Source of the DNA: Promethearchaeota archaeon
Lineage (GTDB): Archaea; Asgardarchaeota; Hermodarchaeia; Hermodarchaeales; Hermodarchaeaceae
Length of the DNA stretch: 36,090 bases
Reading direction: 5' to 3'
Assembly (NCBI GenBank): GCA_048938385.1
Contig: JBHLMG010000024.1
Span: forward strand, 1-36,090
Position 1 is the first letter of the stretch; each line of letters starts with the position of its first letter. The notes below the pieces were generated by a model. That model was not told where the DNA came from. It worked only from the letters and a program-made list of their open reading frames with translations, and did not search any database. Positions 1-7,530 of this stretch are shown piece by piece. The position numbers and the translations under genes were made by a program.

Positions 1-2
1 TA

Positions 3-110
3 TTGGGGGTTCCCTCTCTTGCCACTATGGGTCGTGAATATCGAAGGTTCCAGGAACCTGAAGAGCCCACTACTCTAGAAGAAAACCCCTCCCCCCGGGA
101 GGCTGGATAG
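3..110 (+). CDS. 3' end of an upstream CDS (partial, unknown product)
   Basis: Open frame from the window edge (LGVPSLATMGREYRRFQEPEEPTTLEENPSPREAG*) ending at TAG 108-110, followed by a BRE/TATA-like GAAAAGTTAAAG. Confidence 0.45.
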   Translation: MGVPSLATMGREYRRFQEPEEPTTLEENPSPREAG

Positions 111-180
111 ACCGAAAAGTTAAAGCTTGAAACGACCCCCTGTGCATCCTTGGGCGGTCCAAACACCGGATGTGAAATCA

Positions 181-1233
181 ATGGATATTAAGAAACTCCC
201 ACTCGCTGTTGTCAAGACTTCACCTGAAACCTATTTTGATGATGTTGCCCGACTCTTCCGTCTTGCCAAACTGGATCAAATTTTTGATCCCAAAGTCAGA
301 ACGGTCATGAAGTTAAACATCTCCTGGCAGGAATATTTCCCCTCCTGCTCTACTCAACCGTATCAGCTCGATGCCATGCTTCGCGAGCTTTCAAAACGTA
401 ATTTCACAGATGTCCTCGCTTTAGAGAATATGACCGTGGTCACTGACGCGTATACGGGTATGTATAAGAATCGTTTCGTGCCGCTCTTGGAGAAATATGA
501 TATTCCCTGGACCATTCTCGTTGATGAAGAGTGGGTGGAAGTCAATCCTTCGAAACCTATGGTGTTCGGACAAGAAGACATGCTCATGCCCAAACCGATA
601 ATCGATGCTCAGATCATCCATCTCCCAACCTTCAAATGCCATGGTCACAGCACCATCACCTGTTCGATGAAAAACGCATTTGGCTTTCTGCGCACGGTAC
701 GCCACCATTACCATTTGAAGATTCATGAAATTCTTGTCGATTTGTTACGGATTCAACAAGAATTTTGCGGGCCTCTCTTTGCCTTTGCTGATAGTAGCAT
801 CGCCATGGATGGAGCTGGCCCACGAACTGGTCGACCTTATGTCCAGAACTACATCGCGGCTAGTGGTGATCTAGTTGCCCTAGATGCCCTCTGTGCTCAG
901 ATGATTGGGTATAATCCAATGGATATCGGCCATGTTCGTATGGCCCATGAAGAGGGCCTTGGTAACGGCGATTTGTGTACTAAGGAAATTGTTGGTGATG
1001 AGATTGAAGGCGTGTGTTTTAACTACGAAACGAAACTCGATCCTGTCATCCGCTTTGATCGGTTCGTCCGTAGTAGCTGGCTCGAGCCGTTCATGATGCG
1101 ATCAGCGTTCTTTAAAGTAAATGTAAAGATCAGCCATTACCTAAGGGACATCTGGTTGAAAACCCGGGGTCGACGACACATTCACCGAATCATGAAAACG
1201 CCATGGGGCCGTTTGTTCCGCAAATACCTCTAG
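181..1233 (+). CDS. DUF362 domain-containing protein
   Basis: DUF362-type motifs: KLN..., HLPTFKCH..TITCSMKNAFG, MDGAGP..G, ASGDLVALDA, GLG. ATG at 181 preferred over TTG at 127. Confidence 0.8.
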   Translation: MDIKKLPLAVVKTSPETYFDDVARLFRLAKLDQIFDPKVRTVMKLNISWQEYFPSCSTQPYQLDAMLRELSKRNFTDVLALENMTVVTDAYTGMYKNRFVPLLEKYDIPWTILVDEEWVEVNPSKPMVFGQEDMLMPKPIIDAQIIHLPTFKCHGHSTITCSMKNAFGFLRTVRHHYHLKIHEILVDLLRIQQEFCGPLFAFADSSIAMDGAGPRTGRPYVQNYIAASGDLVALDALCAQMIGYNPMDIGHVRMAHEEGLGNGDLCTKEIVGDEIEGVCFNYETKLDPVIRFDRFVRSSWLEPFMMRSAFFKVNVKISHYLRDIWLKTRGRRHIHRIMKTPWGRLFRKYL

Positions 1234-1363
1234 TATCGTTTTGTCAATTCAACTGTGTGGATCTGGCAAAGCTTACTTTGGCATAAGGCTTTTGTGCCTA
1301 AAAGTGGCACAAGGCAATACCTCAATAAAATTTAATAATCAAATTAATTCGGGGTTGCCTCGT

Positions 1364-2587
1364 TTGACGGTTGAAGACACCGATTCCACAGAACAGTTTC
1401 CCTTCTGGATTCGGCTCTTCAACTTCTTCAACCTCCGAGATCTTTCACAATTGCTACGCACTGATCACTTCTGGGCGGGAGTCATCGTTCGTGTCGTAAC
1501 GATTTTTGGCTTCATCATGTTACTCAATGTAGGGGGGGACATTAACGACATGAACGAGCTAGTTTACCAAGGTCTGCTGAATCTTGTAAGCGGAGTTAAT
1601 CCCTATGGTCAACCTTATGTGTTACATACATTTCGCGGACCTTATCCTCAAAACTACTTCAACTATACACCTTTCGCCATTCTCTTTCACTTACCTACAC
1701 TGCTTTGGCCAGGACCTCAAAGCGTTGGCAGCATCGATTTCATGCCGGCTTTCTTCCTGCTCCACACGGTCTTCACATTCATCACCTATTATCGCCTCTG
1801 GCAACATGACCATCGCATTATCTCTAAAATGATCTGGGTAAATCCCTTCTTCGTTTTTCTCGATGTGATTACCTTCATGTCTCTCCCCATCATGCTCCTC
1901 ACTCTTGCACTTCTCAACGCTAATGATGGCTTACGTAGTGGGTTCTATGCCACCTTGCTTGCGGCAACTTATCAAATGGGAAGTGTCTTTCTACCTTTTC
2001 TTCTGGTTTATCACTGGCAGAAAAAACAATTCTATCGACCCCTCCTTGGAATGATCCCCATCATCGTAGTGGTCTTGGTATTTTTCATCTGGAACCCACT
2101 TACATTCATTCAGGATCTCATCATCATTCAAATTGGACGCCCTCCCGTAAACTGGCAAGACTCTCTTTCGAGCAGTCCATACTATAATCGCTATTATCCC
2201 ATGAACTTTCTTTTCATGGGTTCTCTCCCCTCAATTGCCTTCAACCTAGCAATTTACTTAGGTGCAACCCCTGCCCTCGCTCCTCAATTTGCTCCACTCA
2301 TGATTTTGAGTGTGGCAATCTTCGGGATTGTCTGCCTTATCTACTATATTCAGCATCCCCGACATGCTTTACTGATTTTTCTGCCTGGTATTACACTCTC
2401 GTTGTTTATCGCAAGTACTGCTGAAGGCCTTGCTCACTACTGGACCCTTTGCATTCCTCTCCTCTTTCTATTCTTTCGACAACGAGCGAGCTTCTATCCC
2501 TCTGGACATCCACGAGCCTTAAAGGGTCCATCCCCGACTTCTAACCCGGATAGCACCACCCAAAGTAGGACGGAGGTTAAGCCATGA
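1364..2587 (+). CDS. GT-C fold membrane glycosyltransferase (GT87/PIG-M-like)
   Basis: About 10 hydrophobic segments. Acidic DIND motif after TM1, then G.NPY, YFNYTP and W.NP motifs. The start is uncertain: TTG 1355 or 1364 follows TATA-like AAATTTAATAA at ~1328, and the frame is open from 1241. Confidence 0.6.
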   Translation: MTVEDTDSTEQFPFWIRLFNFFNLRDLSQLLRTDHFWAGVIVRVVTIFGFIMLLNVGGDINDMNELVYQGLLNLVSGVNPYGQPYVLHTFRGPYPQNYFNYTPFAILFHLPTLLWPGPQSVGSIDFMPAFFLLHTVFTFITYYRLWQHDHRIISKMIWVNPFFVFLDVITFMSLPIMLLTLALLNANDGLRSGFYATLLAATYQMGSVFLPFLLVYHWQKKQFYRPLLGMIPIIVVVLVFFIWNPLTFIQDLIIIQIGRPPVNWQDSLSSSPYYNRYYPMNFLFMGSLPSIAFNLAIYLGATPALAPQFAPLMILSVAIFGIVCLIYYIQHPRHALLIFLPGITLSLFIASTAEGLAHYWTLCIPLLFLFFRQRASFYPSGHPRALKGPSPTSNPDSTTQSRTEVKP

Positions 2588-3891
2588 ACCTTTCATATCC
2601 TAGCAGTGCACACACTCAAAACGAAAAACCTCGTGCTACTCCTTCATTAACTGCTAGAATCTCAACAGCGATACGCAATAGTTTGAAGCTCTATCGGTTT
2701 TGGTGGAAGGATATTGGGTTTGGGCTCTTTATTCGACTGCTTAGTCTTGGACTCATCCTTGTTGTGGCTTCAATAAACCCGTTTTTCCCTGATGTTAATG
2801 ATATGCTCGAACTGCACACGAGGGGTCTTGAATACTTATTCCAGGGTTTGAATCCCTATTCTCGTGATTACTGGTTATCCGCTCTTGGAACTGCTCCTCG
2901 AGATTGGTATTTCCAACCCTTCTTGAATTATGGCCCTCTAAGCTTACTCATTCATCTCCCCTGCATGATTTATCCCTATTCCTTTGATTTTGCAGGCTTC
3001 ATGGACTTCCAACCTAGCTTTACGATTCTTCACGCATTCTTTGATTTTCTCATCTTTGATCGGATGATGCGCAAAAAGTATCGCGGTGTTGCCTTGTTCG
3101 TTTGGGCTAATCCCATGATGATAACATTAAACTTCGTAACGCAAATGAGCGTCGTCCTATTCCTACTTTGGATGGGATATGAACAATGGAAGGATCCTTT
3201 CTGGTCGGTGTTCTGGCTTGGACTGGGTACGATTACCTATCAATACATTGGCTTACTACTGCTGTTTGCTATAGCCTATCATTTTCGAAGCTATCGCAAG
3301 TGGGTTCTTGGACTAATACCCGCAGTTACCATTTTTGGTGTTTTTCAAATATGGGCTTCACTGGAAGCGGTCTGGTATGCTGATCCAACTCGCCACATGG
3401 CTTTGTTCAATGATCTGTTATTCTTCCAGTTTGGTAGACCTTATCAACCTTGGCCTCAGCAAATCCACGCATGGTGGAGTTGGACGGGTTCGTTAGCTGC
3501 AATCTTGTTCAATGTGTATTGGATTTCGCATAATCTGTGGATGTCTAGCCTCGGGCAGCCAATGATACCGTATACCGACTGGGTAGCTATTGGTGATCCG
3601 CTCCAACAAGTTACACAGGGGCTTCTTCCTCCTGTTGGTATTCGTATAAGTACGGTGATCACAGGGTTTGCTTTGATTGTTACGGCATATCTGTTGATTA
3701 GGCTCCTATTGAAATCAGAGTACGATCGAAGTATTCGCTACAGTGTAATTGCTATCGTGTTATTCCTATTAGGGGCACCTGCTGGCATTTGGCACCACAA
3801 CTTCATCACAGTCATCCCACTCTTTTTCCTTCTCACTCAGACGCCAATTATGGAAAACCGGTTGAAAAGATGGGGGCTTCGTGACAGTTAA
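2584..3891 (+). CDS. GT-C fold membrane glycosyltransferase (GT87/PIG-M-like), paralog of the upstream gene
   Basis: ATGA overlap with the previous gene. Same motifs: DVNDM.EL, G.NPY, FLNYGP, DFQP.F..LH, WANP, Q.GRP. Multi-TM. Confidence 0.6.
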   Translation: MNLSYPSSAHTQNEKPRATPSLTARISTAIRNSLKLYRFWWKDIGFGLFIRLLSLGLILVVASINPFFPDVNDMLELHTRGLEYLFQGLNPYSRDYWLSALGTAPRDWYFQPFLNYGPLSLLIHLPCMIYPYSFDFAGFMDFQPSFTILHAFFDFLIFDRMMRKKYRGVALFVWANPMMITLNFVTQMSVVLFLLWMGYEQWKDPFWSVFWLGLGTITYQYIGLLLLFAIAYHFRSYRKWVLGLIPAVTIFGVFQIWASLEAVWYADPTRHMALFNDLLFFQFGRPYQPWPQQIHAWWSWTGSLAAILFNVYWISHNLWMSSLGQPMIPYTDWVAIGDPLQQVTQGLLPPVGIRISTVITGFALIVTAYLLIRLLLKSEYDRSIRYSVIAIVLFLLGAPAGIWHHNFITVIPLFFLLTQTPIMENRLKRWGLRDS

Positions 3892-3994
3892 TCGAATAGC
3901 TCCGCTCTGTACTGAGCCGTAGTATTTAAATCCGCGATTTTACATTAGACACCTTAGGCTTGCAGGCACCTATTTGAGGGTAGGATGCATACCT

Positions 3995-4537
3995 ATGCCT
4001 ACTAAGTTGAAGCGGATCGAAGCAGCACGGGAACTTCTCAAGCTCTTCCACACTCGGAAGCGAATCGAAACGATCATGGAGAAGCATACATCCCCCTCAG
4101 GTGAATGTCCATTCTACGACAAGACCATGCTCAGCCACTGCCGCTTAGATCCTCACGCTGCTCATCTCCATGACTGCCAGGGCCGAACTTTCACTGAGGG
4201 TATGCTGTGTGAAACCATTGCTGATCTACCTATGGACCGGCGTGCCAACATCACCTTTTCTAACGCCCTTGAAGCCCTCCGCGTTGCACAAACGCAGGAT
4301 CCACGAACATTGAGTGCTTTTCTCAGCGCGTTCACTGATGGATATTGGGAACTCCTTGCTGAGGGCGGGCTCGACGAACACGAAGATCTCACGAAAAGCA
4401 TCCTACAACTAGAAGCCCTGTTAGCAGAGTATTTTGCAGATCGTCGGTTCGACCTACGCGGACGGATTAAAGGTGTAGTGAACGACCTCACCGAAGAGTT
4501 TCGTCGACACTTGGAACCCGCAATTAAATGTACCTAG
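3995..4537 (+). CDS. hypothetical protein with Cys/His cluster (possible metal-binding)
   Basis: 180-aa ORF with upstream TATTTAAA at ~3923. Contains CPFY..C..H..H.H.C..C followed by a helical C-terminal half. Confidence 0.6.
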   Translation: MPTKLKRIEAARELLKLFHTRKRIETIMEKHTSPSGECPFYDKTMLSHCRLDPHAAHLHDCQGRTFTEGMLCETIADLPMDRRANITFSNALEALRVAQTQDPRTLSAFLSAFTDGYWELLAEGGLDEHEDLTKSILQLEALLAEYFADRRFDLRGRIKGVVNDLTEEFRRHLEPAIKCT

Positions 4538-4686
4538 AATTTCCTCAACACCACCGTGTTGAATTTTAAATTGTATATAACCGCACCTCGGTAGCCTATT
4601 CTTCCTACTTCTCTCTGCGACTCAAACGAAAAGGATTTTGTGGGGTTTATGAGCCTTTGCCTATTCCTAGCAATGAATTTTTTTAC

Positions 4687-4700
4687 GACGGGTTTATAAG
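4687..4700 (+). promoter_or_regulatory. archaeal TATA box promoter (GACGGGTTTATAAG)
   Basis: TTTATAAG ~50 nt upstream of ATG 4750. The identical 14-mer occurs at 7470-7483 upstream of the paralog. Confidence 0.7.
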
Positions 4701-4749
4701 CGAAAACATGAATGAAGCCTTTAATCTCTCAATACGAGGATTTTTTGTA

Positions 4750-7356
4750 ATGAGTAATTCTAGGCTCACTTCAGTAGTGTTACTGGTGTCTCTACTTTTT
4801 CCAATGTTCATTACTCCAACGATTTATCTTCCATCTCTAACGGTGAATATCGCATCTACCGCAACTGAGACGGGTCCAACCTTTTCAATGGAACCTATGG
4901 CGATAACTATTCCACCGGATATGATTCGCGTCGCGATCTACAATGAACCGAATATAACACGACCTGCCTATGATACAACCGGAATAAGCAATCTTGCTAA
5001 CTCTTCGAGTCAAATTGCTGCAATTCTACAGTCTGCAGGTTACCAAACAACACTCCTTGACACCCAAGACATCTTAAATCATCAACTTATGACTGCACAT
5101 TTCGATGTGTTTGTGATTCCCGATAACCTTCCTCGTGAAAACATCATTAACCATGTTTTCGAGTTTTGGTTAGGTGGTGGAGCTCTCCTTGGCTTCGACA
5201 GCTTTGCTGTCTATTCTTGCTACATGGGCATCATGCCCCCTGAATCTGCCGGAAGTGATGGGTATAGTGTTTATTGGCTCTACAATGGTGATTCGGCCAA
5301 TGTTTCCGCACGCCACCCTGTATCCAGACACTATGCCATCAATGATACCTATACACTTCCCCCCTATGGATATGCTGCTTGGGACTGGACAGCCCTAATG
5401 GGAACCTCAATCGCAGGACAGCTGACTAAAGTCGCCCATGATGGTCTCGTCGAGAACGAGGCTACAGTTCTTGCCTTCGATCCTACCACCCGTGGTGGCC
5501 GCGTGGTTCACATCTGGTGGGATGGAAGCACAGCCTCTCTTCCTGCCATTCATCCTATGGTTGAAGATGCAATCATGTGGCTCTGCCCACGACCCATGGG
5601 ACGAGTTGTCTATGATATGTCACACAGGCCAAGGCTTGCCATTGATCCGTGGGATACCCTTACCATGTATCCAAATTACTTCCCTGACATGCGCGACTAC
5701 CTTGTTAGCCGCGGGTTTACCTTTGACAAACTCTATCCTGCACCTAGTGGTAACAACTTCACCACAGCCCGGTTGGATCCCTACGACTTGCTGATCGTTA
5801 ATGTCCCTGACTATAACTACACCGCAGGAGACCGAACGGCAGTCGAAGCTTGGGTGAACGCTGGGGGATCACTTCTAGCGCTCACTGATTGGCCAGATCC
5901 AATATGGTTTGTAAAACCAGATGAGCAGCAAAACATGTTGCTTGCACCCTTTGGTATTGCAGTGAATCTCTCATCTACCGTAGGGGTTACCGGAGCTGCC
6001 ACATTCACTACCTTCACGATGCATCCTACCACTGAGGGTTGTACTAGCCTCTACTACAATTATTTTGGCTATCTCAATCTCACAGGGTCTGCGTATCCTA
6101 TTTGGTGGGATGGTCCTAACATCGTTGCAGCAGGAAGCGAATATGGTCTGGGTCGGGTCATAGTGACCTCAGATATCAATTGGTTCCAAACACCTGCAGG
6201 GAACTTTGGACAAGCCAACAACCAGCAATACATTCTAAACATCGCTAACTGGCTTTCAGCTGCGACAGCACGGGTACTAATTTATACCGATGAAATTTAT
6301 AGTCCAAATTACTACAAGACAGCCGTTGCTTTAGCCCTCAACGACCTTGGAATCGACTTTTACCTAACCGGAGCGTTTGCATCACCTTGGTATGATTACT
6401 TCAATCTCTCGCTCTATAGGTACACCTGGGATCTGGTGATCGTCGATAACGCTAACCAGTTCAATCTCTTCAATTACTACGACGACCTCGTAAACTATCT
6501 GGATACAGGTGGCTCGATGATTTTCACATCATTCGATGCTGATGTTGGAGCAGGTCATCCTCTCTTTAACCGATTGGGTGTAACCCATGCTTCATCAGTC
6601 GGTGGTGAACCATTAGTTCACATCTGGGATTCAGCGCACCATGTGTTCACGATGCCCCACTTATTCACAAATGCAAACTTCACCTCGACTATCGGATACA
6701 TCGATGATGGTGACAAATTCACCACCTTTGCCAATGCCACCGCTATTGCCGGAGCGACGCCCACCTCTGTCGCAGGCGAAGCCTTTATTGTCGTCCGCAA
6801 CGATGGTAAAACGCTCCTCAACGGTTACATCATTGACAACTTCCAAACCGATGCAGATGACTCCACCTATGAAGATCGACTTGAACTGTGGATGAACGAG
6901 ATCGCCTTCATCATGGCACCACGCTGCGTCTTCACCCCCAATGTTCCCCCCAGCCACATCCAAGGCTTCCCCTTGACCTTCTCCGTCGACATCATCAACA
7001 ACGGCCTTACCCCCGCCATCGGCGGTGAACTCACCGTCACCATCCCCGCCGCCCTGGGCATCCTCAGCGAATCCGCCACTCAACCCTTCGTCCTCGATCC
7101 CGGCGCAAGCACCACGATCACTTGGCACTCCACCGCAACCGGCGTTGGGAACCACACCATCACCTTCGATGGAACCTACCATGGTGTACCCGCTACGACC
7201 TATGATAGCGGTACGATCACTCGATACTTGAATGTCACACCAGGGCTTCCCTTTGCTCTTCCTTGGTGGTGGTGGATTGCGGCGATCGCCGTGATTGTCA
7301 TCGTCGTGATCATCATCTTGGTGCTCTGTCTTCGGCGACGAAGCGGTTCGAAGTAA
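4750..7356 (+). CDS. membrane-anchored surface (glyco)protein: 3x GATase-I/DUF4350/GIFT-like domains + Ig-like (CARDB-like) domain + C-terminal TM anchor
   Basis: Signal peptide MSNSRLTSVVLLVSLL. Three repeats of RV.(Y/I)...(Y/F/W)D(L/V)(L/V)(I/V)...GG.L...H...GR/K...W/F. Many N-X-S/T sequons. Tail TPGLPFALPWWWW-hydrophobic-RRRSGSK. Confidence 0.75.
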   Translation: MSNSRLTSVVLLVSLLFPMFITPTIYLPSLTVNIASTATETGPTFSMEPMAITIPPDMIRVAIYNEPNITRPAYDTTGISNLANSSSQIAAILQSAGYQTTLLDTQDILNHQLMTAHFDVFVIPDNLPRENIINHVFEFWLGGGALLGFDSFAVYSCYMGIMPPESAGSDGYSVYWLYNGDSANVSARHPVSRHYAINDTYTLPPYGYAAWDWTALMGTSIAGQLTKVAHDGLVENEATVLAFDPTTRGGRVVHIWWDGSTASLPAIHPMVEDAIMWLCPRPMGRVVYDMSHRPRLAIDPWDTLTMYPNYFPDMRDYLVSRGFTFDKLYPAPSGNNFTTARLDPYDLLIVNVPDYNYTAGDRTAVEAWVNAGGSLLALTDWPDPIWFVKPDEQQNMLLAPFGIAVNLSSTVGVTGAATFTTFTMHPTTEGCTSLYYNYFGYLNLTGSAYPIWWDGPNIVAAGSEYGLGRVIVTSDINWFQTPAGNFGQANNQQYILNIANWLSAATARVLIYTDEIYSPNYYKTAVALALNDLGIDFYLTGAFASPWYDYFNLSLYRYTWDLVIVDNANQFNLFNYYDDLVNYLDTGGSMIFTSFDADVGAGHPLFNRLGVTHASSVGGEPLVHIWDSAHHVFTMPHLFTNANFTSTIGYIDDGDKFTTFANATAIAGATPTSVAGEAFIVVRNDGKTLLNGYIIDNFQTDADDSTYEDRLELWMNEIAFIMAPRCVFTPNVPPSHIQGFPLTFSVDIINNGLTPAIGGELTVTIPAALGILSESATQPFVLDPGASTTITWHSTATGVGNHTITFDGTYHGVPATTYDSGTITRYLNVTPGLPFALPWWWWIAAIAVIVIVVIIILVLCLRRRSGSK

Positions 7357-7400
7357 CCCCGATAGGAGGCGCAAGCCTCCTCCTCCCCTCTTTTTTTCTG
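6881..7400 (+). repeat. 520-nt direct repeat, copy 1 (3' constant region plus terminator)
   Basis: Ungapped alignment to 9641-10160 (offset 2760). Manual count gives ~64 mismatches, with a perfect 100-nt tract at 7048-7147. Confidence 0.95.
7364..7397 (+). terminator. hairpin + U-tract terminator
   Basis: AGGAGGC-GCAA-GCCTCCT stem-loop, then CCTCCCCTC and T7, immediately after the stop codon. Confidence 0.75.
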
Positions 7401-7469
7401 AAATTTTCTCACAAGTTTTGACATAGGTTTAAGTGCATTTGCCTAGACGGTTGGTTAGGCTTCTTGTAG

Positions 7470-7483
7470 GACGGGTTTATAAG
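7470..7483 (+). promoter_or_regulatory. archaeal TATA box promoter (GACGGGTTTATAAG)
   Basis: Identical to 4687-4700, 48 nt before ATG 7531. Confidence 0.7.
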
Positions 7484-7530
7484 TGGGGAATTCGATGAGG
7501 GAACTAACCTTCTTTTGAGGGAAAGACAAC

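Noticed and set aside
1241-1354. N-terminal extension of the first GT-C ORF
   Set aside because: It spans a palindrome and TATA-like sequence, so it is probably intergenic.
4517-4537. C-terminal prenylation motif (…IKCT)
   Set aside because: The Cys is penultimate and fits neither CaaX nor CC/CxC.
4657-4749. N-terminal extension of the first surface protein
   Set aside because: It overlaps the TATA box, and paralog alignment places the start at ATG 4750.
6661-7374. 237-aa antisense ORF (and 9553-9942)
   Set aside because: Shadow frame created by C-ending codons of the sense gene. Low-complexity G/D-rich translation.
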